The notes: generated from the letters alone by a model not told the origin. A DNA stretch of 63,987 nt, filler included, from 7 parts of 7 records of this genome joined end to end with filler, not necessarily neighbours in it; one strand, 5' to 3'; positions 51,923-62,548 are shown, numbered from the whole stretch's first letter. Made by a program: numbers and translations.

Positions 51923-53199
51923 TGGGAATTCTCCTGTTCCTCGGATTTTTTGTATTGCTGATCTGCGGCACCCCGATCGCCATCGCAATCGGTGTGCCGT
52001 CTTTTCTGGTGATTACTGCCGGCGGGCTTGGGACACCGGTTATCGCGCCTAATTTTTTCGCCGGAATTGCGAAGTTTCCACTGCTTGCCATCCCGCTGTT
52101 CATCCTCGCCGGGTTTGTGCTGGAACGGTGTGGAATTTCCGAGCGAATTATCAAATTTGCGAATCTGCTTGTCGGTCAGCGTGCCGGGGGCCTGGTCATC
52201 GTGGCGGTCGCCGTCTGCGTCTTTTTCGGAGGAGTTTCGGGTTCGGGGCCGGCCGATGCCGCCGCCATCGGGGCGATACTGATACCCGCCATGTACGCGC
52301 AGGGGTACAGCAAATCGTACAGTGCTTCATTGATTGCAGCAGCGGGTTCAACCGCGATTATCGTTCCGCCCAGCATCGCGCTCATCATCTACGGAGCCAT
52401 CACTAATACCTCTATTCCGGCACTGTTCGCTGCCGGAGCTGTACCGGGGCTGATTGCCGGGCTTGCCATTGCGCTGCCCGCCTATTTCATTGCCCGTAAA
52501 AAAGGCTACGGTGCCAATGCACAAAAGCGCAGTGAAAACATCTGGCAGGCATTTCTTGACGCGTTCTGGGGGCTGCTTGCCCCGGTGATCATCCTGGGCG
52601 GTCTCTACGGCGGCATTTTCACTCCCACTGAAGCTGCGGTCGTGGCCGTGTTCTATTCTCTTCTGCTTGGCCTCGTGATCTATCGAACGCTGACCTTCAA
52701 GATGATTTATCAGATCCTCGCCGATGCGAGTGAGGCATCCGCGATCGTATTGCTGATCGTTGCATTTGCCGGCCTTTTTTCATGGGCCGGTTCCACGGTC
52801 GGTATTCTCGATGACCTGGCCGGGTACCTGATGAAAGTATCTGACAACCAGTGGGTACTGCTGCTGTTGATAAACATACTCATCTTCGTAGGCGGTATGC
52901 TGATGGATGCGATTTCCATCTATTATATATTCCTGCCCATCTTTTTACCTATTATGGCCCACTTCGACTGGGACCCGATCTGGTTTGGGGTGGTCATGAC
53001 TTTCAACCTGGCAATCGGTCAGTTTACCCCTCCGGTTGCAGTCAATCTCTACGTGACCACGCAGCTCGCTGATATCCCGCTTGAGCGGACCTTCAAAGCC
53101 GTTCTGCCGCTGGTCGCTGCGATGCTGGTCGCCCTGGTTGTCATCATCGTGTTTCCAGCTTTGTCTCTTGTTGTACCCGCTTTTTTCGGTTTGATGTAA
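51922..53199 (+). CDS. dctM: TRAP large permease
   Basis: LLAIPLFILAG, SGSGPAD, PPSI, FTPTEA, TPPVAVNL. Confidence 0.94.
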   Translation: MGILLFLGFFVLLICGTPIAIAIGVPSFLVITAGGLGTPVIAPNFFAGIAKFPLLAIPLFILAGFVLERCGISERIIKFANLLVGQRAGGLVIVAVAVCVFFGGVSGSGPADAAAIGAILIPAMYAQGYSKSYSASLIAAAGSTAIIVPPSIALIIYGAITNTSIPALFAAGAVPGLIAGLAIALPAYFIARKKGYGANAQKRSENIWQAFLDAFWGLLAPVIILGGLYGGIFTPTEAAVVAVFYSLLLGLVIYRTLTFKMIYQILADASEASAIVLLIVAFAGLFSWAGSTVGILDDLAGYLMKVSDNQWVLLLLINILIFVGGMLMDAISIYYIFLPIFLPIMAHFDWDPIWFGVVMTFNLAIGQFTPPVAVNLYVTTQLADIPLERTFKAVLPLVAAMLVALVVIIVFPALSLVVPAFFGLM

Positions 53200-53288
53200 G
53201 TCTGCTCCGGATCATAGAATCGAACCAGAAAATTTCAGAACAGCGTATTTATCCAAAACCGTATACTATGGTGCTCTACCCATAACCG

Positions 53289-54065
53289 ATGGAGGGGGTA
53301 ATGCACTGTGTCCGGATCATTGTCTGTTGTGCTGTTTTTCACCTGAGTTTCATAACCGGAAGTTTCGCTGATGAATCGGCCGATCGTATAGTCGAGAAAG
53401 CGTTCGACTACTGGCGCGGCACGAGTTCGTATGCCGAGTTCTCGATGACAATTCACCACAGTGATTTCGAACGTTCGATGGAGATGAACGGATGGACCAG
53501 AGGACGGAGTGATGCGCTGTTTTTTGTGCTGAAACCGGCCAAAGATGCCGGTAACGGGAGCTTGAAAAAAGGGCGCGACATGTGGAGCTACAACCCGAAG
53601 ATAAACCGGGCGATAAAACTTCCGCCGTCAATGATGAGCCAGTCGTGGATGGGCTCGGATTTCTCCAATGACGATCTCGCCAAATCCGATTCCATTCTTG
53701 ACGACTATGTGCACACCGTAGTCGAGCAAACGACCGTCGACGGCCGTACCGTCTACACAATCGAATCGATTGCCAGGGAGGAGGCCCCGGTCGTGTGGGG
53801 CAAACAGGTCCTCCGCGTTCGGGACGACCATATCATGCTCAACCAGAAGTTTTTCGACGAGGATATGGAACTGATCAAGGAAATGAGCGCGGATGGGTTG
53901 ATGGAATTTTCCGGACGACTGTTCCCCAGGATCTGGACCATGCGCCGGGTCGATGAGGCTGATCGCTACACCAGGCTCGAATATCACGAAATTGTTTTTG
54001 ATCTGGTGGTGGAAGACCGCATGTTTACGCTCACCCACTTGAAGAACCCGAAGATTAAGAGATGA
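53289..54065 (+). CDS. Outer-membrane lipoprotein-sorting (LolA-like) protein
   Basis: PAKDAG..L..MWSYNP..IKLPPSMMSQSWMGSDFSNDDL family motif. Confidence 0.88.
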   Translation: MEGVMHCVRIIVCCAVFHLSFITGSFADESADRIVEKAFDYWRGTSSYAEFSMTIHHSDFERSMEMNGWTRGRSDALFFVLKPAKDAGNGSLKKGRDMWSYNPKINRAIKLPPSMMSQSWMGSDFSNDDLAKSDSILDDYVHTVVEQTTVDGRTVYTIESIAREEAPVVWGKQVLRVRDDHIMLNQKFFDEDMELIKEMSADGLMEFSGRLFPRIWTMRRVDEADRYTRLEYHEIVFDLVVEDRMFTLTHLKNPKIKR

Positions 54066-55282
54066 AAGATCTGCTGATGGCATGGCGTAACATCTGGCGC
54101 AATACCAGACGCTCTGCATTGACCATTTCAGCGATAGTATTTGCCACCGGTCTGCTTGTCTTCATGCTGTCGTTTCAGTTCGGTGCGTACGACGATATGA
54201 TCGATTCATCAGTGCGGCTGAGCAGCGGTCATGTGCAGGTCATGGTCCCCGGTTATCACGATCGTCCTCGTATCAGACGGGCGCTGAACAATCCCGATGA
54301 AATTGCGACCGTCGCAAAACGAATTGCCGGTGTCGATGCGGTGGCACTGCGCGCCGAGGCTTTCGTTCTGGCGAGTGGTGAGCACCGCAGCAGAGGGCTG
54401 ATGATCACCGGGATAGATCCGGGTGCGGAACGGGCGATGTCCCTGATTCCGAAGCAGATGGAAACCGGGCGCTACCTCAGTTCGGGGGAGAGAGGAAGCG
54501 GTATCATAGGGCGTCTTGCCGCTGAAAGCTTGCAGCTTGAAGTTGGCGACGAGTGTGTGTTTATCGGCAGCGGTAAAGACGGTTCAATCGCGGCATCGGC
54601 GGTTCAGATCGTCGGAATTTATAAAACCGGTATCGACTCGTTTGATCGATCCACCATGCAGATACCGCTGGCGGAATTCGACGAGATCTTCAGCATGAAT
54701 GGAGCCGTGCACCGGGTGGTGATAACCGTTGACCAACTCGCAGTTGCCGGCAGTGCCGTTTCCAGTCTCGAACATGACGGGAGCACTGACGGGCTTTCTG
54801 TGATGAGCTGGGATATGCTCAACCCCGGCCTGAGGCAGTCGATCGAGCTCGACCTGATCGGCGGTGTCATCATGTACGTGATCCTCGTGATCGTGGTCGC
54901 CTTTTCGATACTGAACACGTTTTTTATGGCCATTTTCGAGCGAAAAAGAGAGTTTGGTGTCCTCATGGCAATCGGTATGAAGCCGCTGCGTCTTGTTAAA
55001 CTGATGCTGCTTGAGTCCATGTCCATGACTGTGATCGGCCTCGTACTCGGGATGCTTCTCGGGATTCTCGCAACCATGGCCGGTGCTCACTGGGGAATCA
55101 GTCTCGGCGACAGCTCTGAGTTCATGGCTCAATACGGCGTACCGGAGCGCCTCTATCCCAAGCTGACGCCTCTTTCGCTGGTGCTTGGTCCTGTCCTGAT
55201 ATGTATCGTAACCTTCATTACTGCGCTGATACCGGTGCTGCGGATTCCCCGTATGCGGCCGGTCGAGGCGCTGCGCTCATGA
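54062..55282 (+). CDS. ABC permease (MacB/FtsX/LolE-like)
   Basis: AWRNIWRN.RRS, ERKREFGVLMAIG, PVEALR. Confidence 0.92.
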   Translation: MKDLLMAWRNIWRNTRRSALTISAIVFATGLLVFMLSFQFGAYDDMIDSSVRLSSGHVQVMVPGYHDRPRIRRALNNPDEIATVAKRIAGVDAVALRAEAFVLASGEHRSRGLMITGIDPGAERAMSLIPKQMETGRYLSSGERGSGIIGRLAAESLQLEVGDECVFIGSGKDGSIAASAVQIVGIYKTGIDSFDRSTMQIPLAEFDEIFSMNGAVHRVVITVDQLAVAGSAVSSLEHDGSTDGLSVMSWDMLNPGLRQSIELDLIGGVIMYVILVIVVAFSILNTFFMAIFERKREFGVLMAIGMKPLRLVKLMLLESMSMTVIGLVLGMLLGILATMAGAHWGISLGDSSEFMAQYGVPERLYPKLTPLSLVLGPVLICIVTFITALIPVLRIPRMRPVEALRS

Positions 55283-55301
55283 CGACCGGGGGAGGGACGC
55301 G

Positions 55302-56540
55302 ATGATTCTCCAGATCGGCTGGCGCAACCTGTGGCGTAACCCGCGTCGTACGGCGACCATTTTGACGGCGATTGTCGTCGGCATTATCAGCATGGTGGTT
55401 CTGTCCGCGTTTGGTAGGGGTGTTATGGAGGGGATGGTGAACAACGCGATCAACAACCTCGTCGGACATATCAAGATAACCAATGCCCACTACCGCATCG
55501 ATCCCGATATAGTGAACCGTATAACCGATGTGGAAGACGTGTTCAGCGAACTCGACAGGGTACTTGGAATGAACAGCCGCGTTGTCCAGCGACTCAGGCT
55601 TGAGGGAATGCTGAGCACAAGCCGGGATAATGTCGGTGTCGAGGTGGTAGGAATCGAACCCGGAAAGGAGATAGGCATATCATTCATCGGTCGCCCTGTA
55701 TTGTCGGGGACCACTCTTGAAGGGGGCGACGACGGCGGACTGCTCATCGGCCAGGCGCTCATGGAACGGTTGGGACTCGAGGTCGGGAAAAAGGTTGTGC
55801 TGCTGTGCCGGGATGGCGAGGGTGACAACAGCTCGAGAGCATTTCGCATCAGAGGAAGCTATCGAACCGAATTGCGGGACACGGAAAAGCGCTTTGTTTT
55901 CGTCAATCTCGGGATATTGCAGAATATGACCGGGGTCGGATCGGATGTCACCGAGATATCGGTCAGGGTCGATGATGGTGACCCTTTCGGTACTCGGCAG
56001 ATAGCGGAACTGACCGCTGCAATTGACAGGCGTGTGGCAGACTTCGGTCTGGAAACGCTGAGCTGGGAAGAGCAGCTCCCCCCGATCAGGGCCTATGTTG
56101 AGATGTTCGATGTCTATATGCTGATCTGGTTCATTGTCGTGTTCATCGCGATGGGATTCGGACTCGCCAATACGGTTCTTATGGCGGTCTATGAACGTAT
56201 GCGGGAATTCGGCCTGCAACGCGCATTAGGAATGCGTTCTTCAGGGATCATTCGGGTGGTGATGGTGGAGGTGCTGCTGCTCCTGCTGCTCGGCATCCTC
56301 CTGGCGAACTGCATCTCTTTCGCACTGATACAGGTAGTGTTTGGAGCGGGAATCGATCTCTCACTGTTTGGAGAGGGGGTGGATATGTTTGGTCTTGACA
56401 GGATCATATACCCGATCCTGACGATCAGAGATATTGTCATGTCAAACGGCGTCGTTATGATCCTGGGGCTCGCGGTTGGCTTATATCCAGCGCTGCATGC
56501 GGCACGGTTCACGCCGGTTGAGACGATGAGGCATCTGTAA
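55302..56540 (+). CDS. ABC permease (MacB/FtsX/LolE-like)
   Basis: GWRNLWRNPRRT, ERMREFG..RALG, YPA..AARFTPVE. Confidence 0.92.
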   Translation: MILQIGWRNLWRNPRRTATILTAIVVGIISMVVLSAFGRGVMEGMVNNAINNLVGHIKITNAHYRIDPDIVNRITDVEDVFSELDRVLGMNSRVVQRLRLEGMLSTSRDNVGVEVVGIEPGKEIGISFIGRPVLSGTTLEGGDDGGLLIGQALMERLGLEVGKKVVLLCRDGEGDNSSRAFRIRGSYRTELRDTEKRFVFVNLGILQNMTGVGSDVTEISVRVDDGDPFGTRQIAELTAAIDRRVADFGLETLSWEEQLPPIRAYVEMFDVYMLIWFIVVFIAMGFGLANTVLMAVYERMREFGLQRALGMRSSGIIRVVMVEVLLLLLLGILLANCISFALIQVVFGAGIDLSLFGEGVDMFGLDRIIYPILTIRDIVMSNGVVMILGLAVGLYPALHAARFTPVETMRHL

Positions 56541-56571
56541 ACCTATTTATTTCCGGATTACGGAGAACAAC

Positions 56572-57264
56572 ATGGGGATCATATCGGTAGATTCCGTATC
56601 GAAGGTATACGCTCAAGGTAAAGTGAGTTTCCGTGCACTAGACACGGTCTCAATGACGATCGAAAAGGGGGAATTTACGGCTCTTGCCGGTCCTTCGGGG
56701 TCGGGGAAGACCACCCTGCTCAACCTGATTGGCGGGCTGGATCTACCTGATGAGGGGAGGGTTCGATTCGAAGGAGAGGATCTGGCCGAATTGAGCGATG
56801 GGCAGCGGGCTGATCTCAGGCTTCACCGTATCGGCTTTGTTTTTCAGGCCTACAACCTGATTCCAGTACTGACGGCCGCGGAGAATGTTGACTATATCCT
56901 GATGCTGCAAAAAATCGGTCGCGAACGTCGGCAGGAGAAAGTGAGAGCAATTCTCGAAGAAGTCGGCCTTACGGAAAAAGCGGGCAACAGGCCCGATGAG
57001 TTGTCCGGGGGCAGCAGCAGCGGGTCGCGGTTGCACGCAGTCATTTCGGAGCCGCAGGTCGTGCTGGCCGACGAGCCGACCGCCAATCTCGATTCGAACA
57101 CGGGCAGGAAGCTGCTGGAGATGATGCGGGAGATGAACCGTTCCCGCCAGGTTACATTCATTTTCGCAACCCACGATCCGATGGTGATGGACCTGGCTGA
57201 TCGTATCGTATCGCTGCACGACGGGCGGATTGTCTCCGACGACCGGAAGCAGAGATGCGGGTAA
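56572..57264 (+). CDS. ABC ATP-binding protein (LolD-like); signature scrambled by two compensating deletions
   Basis: GPSGSGKT, FVFQ, LADEPTANLD, THD; LSGGQQQRVAVAR is present only in a shifted frame at about 57001-57040. Confidence 0.92.
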   Translation: MGIISVDSVSKVYAQGKVSFRALDTVSMTIEKGEFTALAGPSGSGKTTLLNLIGGLDLPDEGRVRFEGEDLAELSDGQRADLRLHRIGFVFQAYNLIPVLTAAENVDYILMLQKIGRERRQEKVRAILEEVGLTEKAGNRPDELSGGSSSGSRLHAVISEPQVVLADEPTANLDSNTGRKLLEMMREMNRSRQVTFIFATHDPMVMDLADRIVSLHDGRIVSDDRKQRCG

Positions 57265-57350
57265 TCTCTACGGTATGCATATTCCTGTTGTACCCGGCTA
57301 CCGCTCTCCCGGGAGTACCACTCGACGATATACAGTTCGAGTGGTCCGGG
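57255..57350 (+). CDS. Start of an exported hypothetical protein, 3'-truncated
   Basis: MRVISTVCIFLLYPATALPG signal-like sequence overlapping the ATPase end, open to the contig edge. Confidence 0.5.
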
Positions 57351-57450
57351 NNNNNNNNNNNNNNNNNNNNNNNNNNNNNNNNNNNNNNNNNNNNTTAATT
57401 AATTAANNNNNNNNNNNNNNNNNNNNNNNNNNNNNNNNNNNNNNNNNNNN
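57351..57450. other. Artificial contig spacer
   Basis: N run with TTAATTAATTAA. Confidence 0.99.
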
Positions 57451-57616
57451 CCGAGCAAAAACCTAACCGGAAATTACTGGCTTTTTTTAGGATAAAAGCC
57501 TTTTTTCCGTTTTTCATGCTGGGCTTCTGGTTACTTTTACTAACCCGGTGTGCCTTCCCTGGTTGCACCTCAGCCGTTTGAAATCACCCTAATGCTCATC
57601 AGGTTGGATGTGAAAA

Positions 57617-57883
57617 ATGATAGTTAAAATGATAATAATCATTGGTCTGACAAGATTACTTGCAGCGACAAACAAGCCCCTACTCTGCTCAGGAATTTAT
57701 GCAGGAATCATTATACTTTTCTCCCTGCTAGGAGAAGATATCGCGTTTATGGAAATATTAATCGGTGGGGTAATCGTTTTTCTTTTGTCGAGTATTTACT
57801 TCTGGTTGCTCGACCGATTTGAAGATAATATGCCCATCTACTTTGTAGTGCTTGCGGTGGGTCTTTTAATTGGGTTGGTTTAA
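57617..57883 (+). CDS. Small hydrophobic membrane protein
   Basis: 88 aa, almost entirely TM-like; AT-rich compared with neighbours. Confidence 0.7.
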   Translation: MIVKMIIIIGLTRLLAATNKPLLCSGIYAGIIILFSLLGEDIAFMEILIGGVIVFLLSSIYFWLLDRFEDNMPIYFVVLAVGLLIGLV

Positions 57884-58143
57884 AATACAACCCATGGGGA
57901 CTCTAAAATTTCGAATACGACATGGCTATTTCAAGCAAAAACAGTTCTCTACTCAAAGCAGCCCGCAGTCGGTTATCCCCAAGCATTCGAGCAAAAATAC
58001 CGGGAGACCAAGCATTGACGGACAGCCTGATCTACCATTAAATCGGCCGGGCAAGAGCGAACCGCGCTATGTAGCCCTGAAACACATTTTTTTTCAATGG
58101 CCCACCACCTTTGCCCTGACAGGGGTAGTAGGACAGACCCTTT

Positions 58144-59370
58144 CTACTTCTTCAGCAACCTCGAGTCGGCATTTTCAACAACTGTCCAGCCAAGTTTTTT
58201 AAATTGCGACCTGGCGCTCTGATCAATACGGCCGGTCAACCAGAGTTCTTTGCTGCCGACGGAAGAATCCTTTGCCAGGGCCTGTTCAAAAGCGTTGATT
58301 TTGGCCTCCAGCTTCTCGGTCCAGAAGACATGGTCAACCGCGGCCAGGACAACCCGGCCGCCATCTTTGCGTTGCAGGTTGAGAACACCTATCGTATTGA
58401 GGATAGCCTTAACCGGCTCGACATTGCGAAAATAACGCCCCATCATTTGCGCGTTCAGGCGGTAATAAAGGGCGGTTGAATCCTCCGTAACCAGGTCAGC
58501 CCGGCTGATGAAGGCATCCCGACCGGAAATGTTCATGGTTTCAAGTTCGCCGATCAACAGGGTCTTTTCGTAGGGGTCGAAACTGTAATTGTCGAGGAAT
58601 GCCTCGGCTAACGCTTCGGAAACACCCATGGAAATCAGCTTGCCGTGGTTGATTTCACGCAGTTTATTGGGTGGGTTGTCGCGAACCAGTTTCTGCATGC
58701 CACGCATGGTGCCGGAGATCCGGGCTGCCGTAGCCACGACATGGTTGATGGAAGCAAGGGCCACCTTGGGCGTTATGCCACCCGCGACCGCCGCCCTGGC
58801 GATTTCGCCCAGACGATCCATGGCCGGTTCAAAATCGGAATACGGATTGATACCGAACTCGTAGGCGAACTGCCGCTTGGCCGCATCGTAACCGAGTGCC
58901 ACTTTCAGGGCATTGTCCTGGTCCGGATCATCGCTGACAAAAGACTGACCTATATTGCTGAGAAACTGCCCGGTCCCTTCGATCATCTCCTTGGTCGTAT
59001 CAACTGGGTCGGTCACCAGCTCTTTGACCCCCTCTCCGGTGGCCTTGACCCCCTTGACGAGAGACTCCTTGAAGACCTCTTTGCGATCGAGTTCCTCCAT
59101 GACAACCAGGGCGTTCAGCTCATCAATACGGATCTGCAGCTCAGCGGTGCTCTCAGCGTTGAAACGGCCGTAGTCCGTATGGAGCATGTAGAGATTGATC
59201 AACCCGTCATTGCGGACCTTGTTATCAACCTTAAAATTTTCACCCTTTAACTGCTCAGCGGTAAGGAATTTGTCCGCCTGAAGCAAAATCGGTCGCTTGG
59301 CGTAATCAGCAGCCAAGACCGGAACACTCAACAAAAGCAGCAAAACAACAGACAGGATTCTTGAAACCAT
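58144..59370 (-). CDS. Exported hypothetical protein
   Basis: GAGGAGG RBS, signal MVSRILSVVLLLLLSVPVLA, 408 aa with coding-like GC pattern. Confidence 0.82.
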   Translation of the reverse strand: MVSRILSVVLLLLLSVPVLAADYAKRPILLQADKFLTAEQLKGENFKVDNKVRNDGLINLYMLHTDYGRFNAESTAELQIRIDELNALVVMEELDRKEVFKESLVKGVKATGEGVKELVTDPVDTTKEMIEGTGQFLSNIGQSFVSDDPDQDNALKVALGYDAAKRQFAYEFGINPYSDFEPAMDRLGEIARAAVAGGITPKVALASINHVVATAARISGTMRGMQKLVRDNPPNKLREINHGKLISMGVSEALAEAFLDNYSFDPYEKTLLIGELETMNISGRDAFISRADLVTEDSTALYYRLNAQMMGRYFRNVEPVKAILNTIGVLNLQRKDGGRVVLAAVDHVFWTEKLEAKINAFEQALAKDSSVGSKELWLTGRIDQSARSQFKKLGWTVVENADSRLLKK

Positions 59371-59698
59371 ACCAACCTCCTCAGTCTTGAAAATAAGCGT
59401 CCCACCAATCACCGGCGATTGGTGGAGATGGAAAATTACTCGATTGTCCGGCAATCTAAATATCCCGGTTCTTAGCTTAAAGCATTTTTTCAATCCGGCA
59501 AGCGTCAACTTTGCCGCCCGAGGACGCTTTCATATAAAAATTTTTCTACTATTTCTTCACCCAATTCCCGGAAAAGCCATCCGACTTGCAATATGGCGAA
59601 TTAGAGCTATTTATTAACCTATGCGGGAGAGGCCTTTTCTTATGACTTCTCTTCAAAAGCCCCTCAAAATGGAAGGACCAAAGATCGGGAGGAAAAAG

Positions 59699-60319
59699 AT
59701 GGAATTAACCTGCAGACAGCTATTGGAGACCCATGCGGATGACTGGTATGCGGCGACACATCATCCCTTTCTGAACGGCTGCAAAGCCGGGACGATAAAA
59801 CCCGAACAATTTAACACCTGGCTGGTTCAGGATTATCATTTCGTCACCGACTTCGTGCGACTGGCCGGACGGCTTCTCGCCTCCGCGCCTGTCCACCATT
59901 TCGAGAACCTGCTTGGCGGCCTGATGGCCCTTAAGGACGAGCTGATCTGGTTCCGGGAAAAAGCCGCCGAACGGTCTTTGGACCTCGGCGCTTTACGGCA
60001 GAACACCTGTGAGCTCTACTGTGATTTCATGCAGACTCTGGCCTGCGAGTCTTACGCGGTGCAGGCGACCGCTTTCTGGGCGATTGAGCTGGCCTACAAC
60101 CAGGGCTGGCAGATTCCTGGCGTCATGGCGAAACCTTATGACGAGTTTGCGAACCGCTGGGGCAACCCAGGCTTTACAGCTTACGTAACAGAACTTGAAA
60201 AACAGGCCGATGAAGCCCTTAGAAATGCCCCTGAAGAGAATTTGAATAAGGCCGAAGCGGCTTTTTTGAAAGTGGCGGAACTTGAAAAGTGGTTTTGGGA
60301 AATGGCATTCCAAGGTTAG
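59699..60319 (+). CDS. tenA: TenA-family protein (thiamine salvage), TenA_E-like
   Basis: ATHHPFL, WLVQDY, WAIELAY (Glu where TenA_C has Cys), RWGNP.F, E..FWEMA. Confidence 0.85.
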   Translation: MELTCRQLLETHADDWYAATHHPFLNGCKAGTIKPEQFNTWLVQDYHFVTDFVRLAGRLLASAPVHHFENLLGGLMALKDELIWFREKAAERSLDLGALRQNTCELYCDFMQTLACESYAVQATAFWAIELAYNQGWQIPGVMAKPYDEFANRWGNPGFTAYVTELEKQADEALRNAPEENLNKAEAAFLKVAELEKWFWEMAFQG

Positions 60320-60552
60320 TTCCAAGGGAAACCCTAAGACACCCATTTGTCGACCTCGATATCTAAAGGTCAGGTCTTGATGTGATTTCGCGTAAAAATT
60401 TCTGGGACCTGCCTACCTGATTCAAGTGCAATAAAATTCACGGCGCAAAGCGCCTCCCAACCAATCGGATCGAACAAACGCCCTCCTCATCCGTAGCTTT
60501 ATACCGCAATATTTTCGCGCCAATGTAATGGCCGGAAACAATTTATTTATCT

Positions 60553-60640
60553 TTGACATCCTCATCTCCATTGTTAGGCTAATGTCATGGCTGGGAATGG
60601 CTCAGGTTGTTCCTCCTGTGTTGGTCAGGGGGAACTTTTT
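60553..60640 (+). promoter_or_regulatory. sigma70 promoter followed by a short leader ending in an intrinsic terminator upstream of the EAL gene
   Basis: TTGACA-N16-TAGGCT (extended -10), then GTTCCTCCTG-N7-CAGGGGGAAC-TTTTT (60609-60640). Confidence 0.55.
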
Positions 60641-60666
60641 AATACTATCCAAAAGGGTTGTACTAA

Positions 60667-61415
60667 ATGATTGATATCGAAGCTATCGGAAACGGCTTGA
60701 AGCAGGGTGAATTCTTTCTTGAGTATTTGCCTATTATTTCACTTGAGGATGAGCGTTGTGTGGGAGCTGAGGCTTTAATCCGCTGGCAACATCCATCCGG
60801 TGTGCTTTTACCGGACGATTTTATTCCCATCGCGGAGAACACACCTCTTTCTGGGCTTCTGACATACTGGGTCATTGACACAGTAGCCGCGGAACTGACG
60901 GATTGGCTGCGGCAAAATGACGATATTCTTTTGGGCCTGAACGTTCCGCCGGAGATTCTCGGACGGGGAGGGTTGGAATACGCGGCAAATAAATCCGGAT
61001 TATCTGAGTTCAAGAACAAACTCATCATGGAGGTAACGGAAAGAGGAGTCCCTGATCAACTGGGCCTGGATGCGCTAAACAGCGCGAGTCGCCATGGAGT
61101 TCGCATAGCCCTGGACGATGTCGGCGCAGGTGGCGTCAACCTGGCGATCTTGTGCCGGGCCAAAGTCGATATTATCAAACTTGGTAAAACTTTCATGGAT
61201 GAAATCCTTCTTGAAGACTCTTCGCCCGAAAATACACAAAGCATTTCGACCCTTATGAGCACCACCGATATTGAAATTATTGCCGAGGGAATCGAATCTG
61301 TGTCACAGCTCGATATCCTGAAAAAAGCAGGAATCAAAATGGCGCAAGGGTGGTACTTTTCCCCCCTTTGCCCGTGGATGCCTTTAAAACATTTTTCTAC
61401 GCAAATCAGGATTGA
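60667..61415 (+). CDS. Stand-alone EAL domain protein; C6 deletion at 61361-61366 gives a spurious extension to 61602
   Basis: GAEALIRW, EVTE, ALDD, AEGIE, QGWYFS; adding one C gives SPPLPVDAFKTFFYANQD-stop. Confidence 0.88.
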
Positions 61416-61598
61416 AAAAGAAAGTTCTGTTTCTATAAACCGTTATCCTGCCAGGTGGTGTCACAAGAAGTTATTTTCGCAACTATCAGAAGAAGAAATC
61501 GACCAGATTCAGCGCCATGAGCACAGCAGACGGTTTTGGGCGGGGGAAGTGAAACACACTACCCAAGGAATGGAACTGCCACTTCAGTTAAGGAGATT

Positions 61599-62546
61599 AT
61601 GACTATGACGGAGCCCAAAATGCTCAGAATTAAACCGGCATATCCTGAGAGGCAGAGAATCCGCTGGACCCGATTTGGGCTTCACATGACCGTGGGATGT
61701 GTTTTGACTCTTTATATCCTCACTGGTTGCACGGTTATGAGCAGATCCACCAAGTTGGAGTTGACTCCTGTAACCGATTCACCCACCGGAATACATCACC
61801 AGGGGAAATTTGTCTGGAACGACCTGCTCACCGACGATGTGGCTGCCGCCAAAAATTTCTACGGCCGGCTTTTTGGCTGGACCTTTGATCAATCAGGCAC
61901 CTACACGGTGGTAAAAAATGACGGCCACAGCATCGGCGGCATGGTTCAGATCGGGGAACCTTCCAAAATTAAAGGCGCGGCCCGATGGCTCTGCGCACTT
62001 TCTCTCGCTGATGTGGACGCGGCTGCTGCCTTGGTAAGCGAAGAGGGGGGCCACGTCCATGAAGGGCCTCTGGACATGTTGAATCGCGGAAGGGGCGCCC
62101 TGGTAAGCGATCCTCAGGGTGCACAACTGGTTCTGCTACATGCTTCAGATGGGGACCCGGCGGATAAAGAACCGGTCATCGGCTCATGGCTATGGCACGA
62201 ACTCTGGTCCAATGACGCCGAGGCATCTCTGACATTTTACCGAAAACTTGCCGGATACAATTTTGATGGTCAAGAAACCGATTATCTGATCTTACTAAAG
62301 GATGGGCAATGGCGTGCAGGTATCCGCTACCTGTCGAACGCTGAACTTGAGATACGTTGGGTACCGGTAGTCCGTGTTGCTAACACTGAGGAGACTGCAG
62401 AACAGGCAAAAAAGGTGGGGGGCAAGGTCTTGGTGGAACCCAGGTCCACGCCCAGCGGTGGTAGCGTAGCATTACTCTCTGACCCTTCGGATGCTCTATT
62501 TCTTATCCAGCGCTGGTCAGCAGAACCTTCTGAGCAGGAGAAATAA
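61599..62546 (+). CDS. Tandem VOC/glyoxalase domain lipoprotein
   Basis: AGGAG RBS; ILTGC lipobox; GKFVWNDL..FYGRLFGW..DPQGA and GSWLWHEL..FY..DPSDA. Confidence 0.87.
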   Translation: MTMTEPKMLRIKPAYPERQRIRWTRFGLHMTVGCVLTLYILTGCTVMSRSTKLELTPVTDSPTGIHHQGKFVWNDLLTDDVAAAKNFYGRLFGWTFDQSGTYTVVKNDGHSIGGMVQIGEPSKIKGAARWLCALSLADVDAAAALVSEEGGHVHEGPLDMLNRGRGALVSDPQGAQLVLLHASDGDPADKEPVIGSWLWHELWSNDAEASLTFYRKLAGYNFDGQETDYLILLKDGQWRAGIRYLSNAELEIRWVPVVRVANTEETAEQAKKVGGKVLVEPRSTPSGGSVALLSDPSDALFLIQRWSAEPSEQEK

Positions 62547-62548
62547 TC

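Noticed and set aside
57001-57045. Novel ABC signature LSGGSSSGSRLH
   Set aside because: Canonical LSGGQQQRVAVAR is present in the shifted frame; two compensating deletions explain it
13748-57450. Six identical TTAATTAATTAA cores in N runs as a biological repeat
   Set aside because: Exactly 100-bp artificial spacers; ORFs containing X and any cross-spacer synteny are artefacts
59371-59698. TPP riboswitch upstream of tenA
   Set aside because: The conserved CTGAGA and ACCTGA core segments are not seen
60366-60420. RAYT-associated REP (GGTCAGGTCTTGA)
   Set aside because: The partner arm is too degenerate and no transposase is nearby
61416-61602. C-terminal extension of the EAL protein
   Set aside because: Produced by the C6 deletion; the corrected frame stops at 61415
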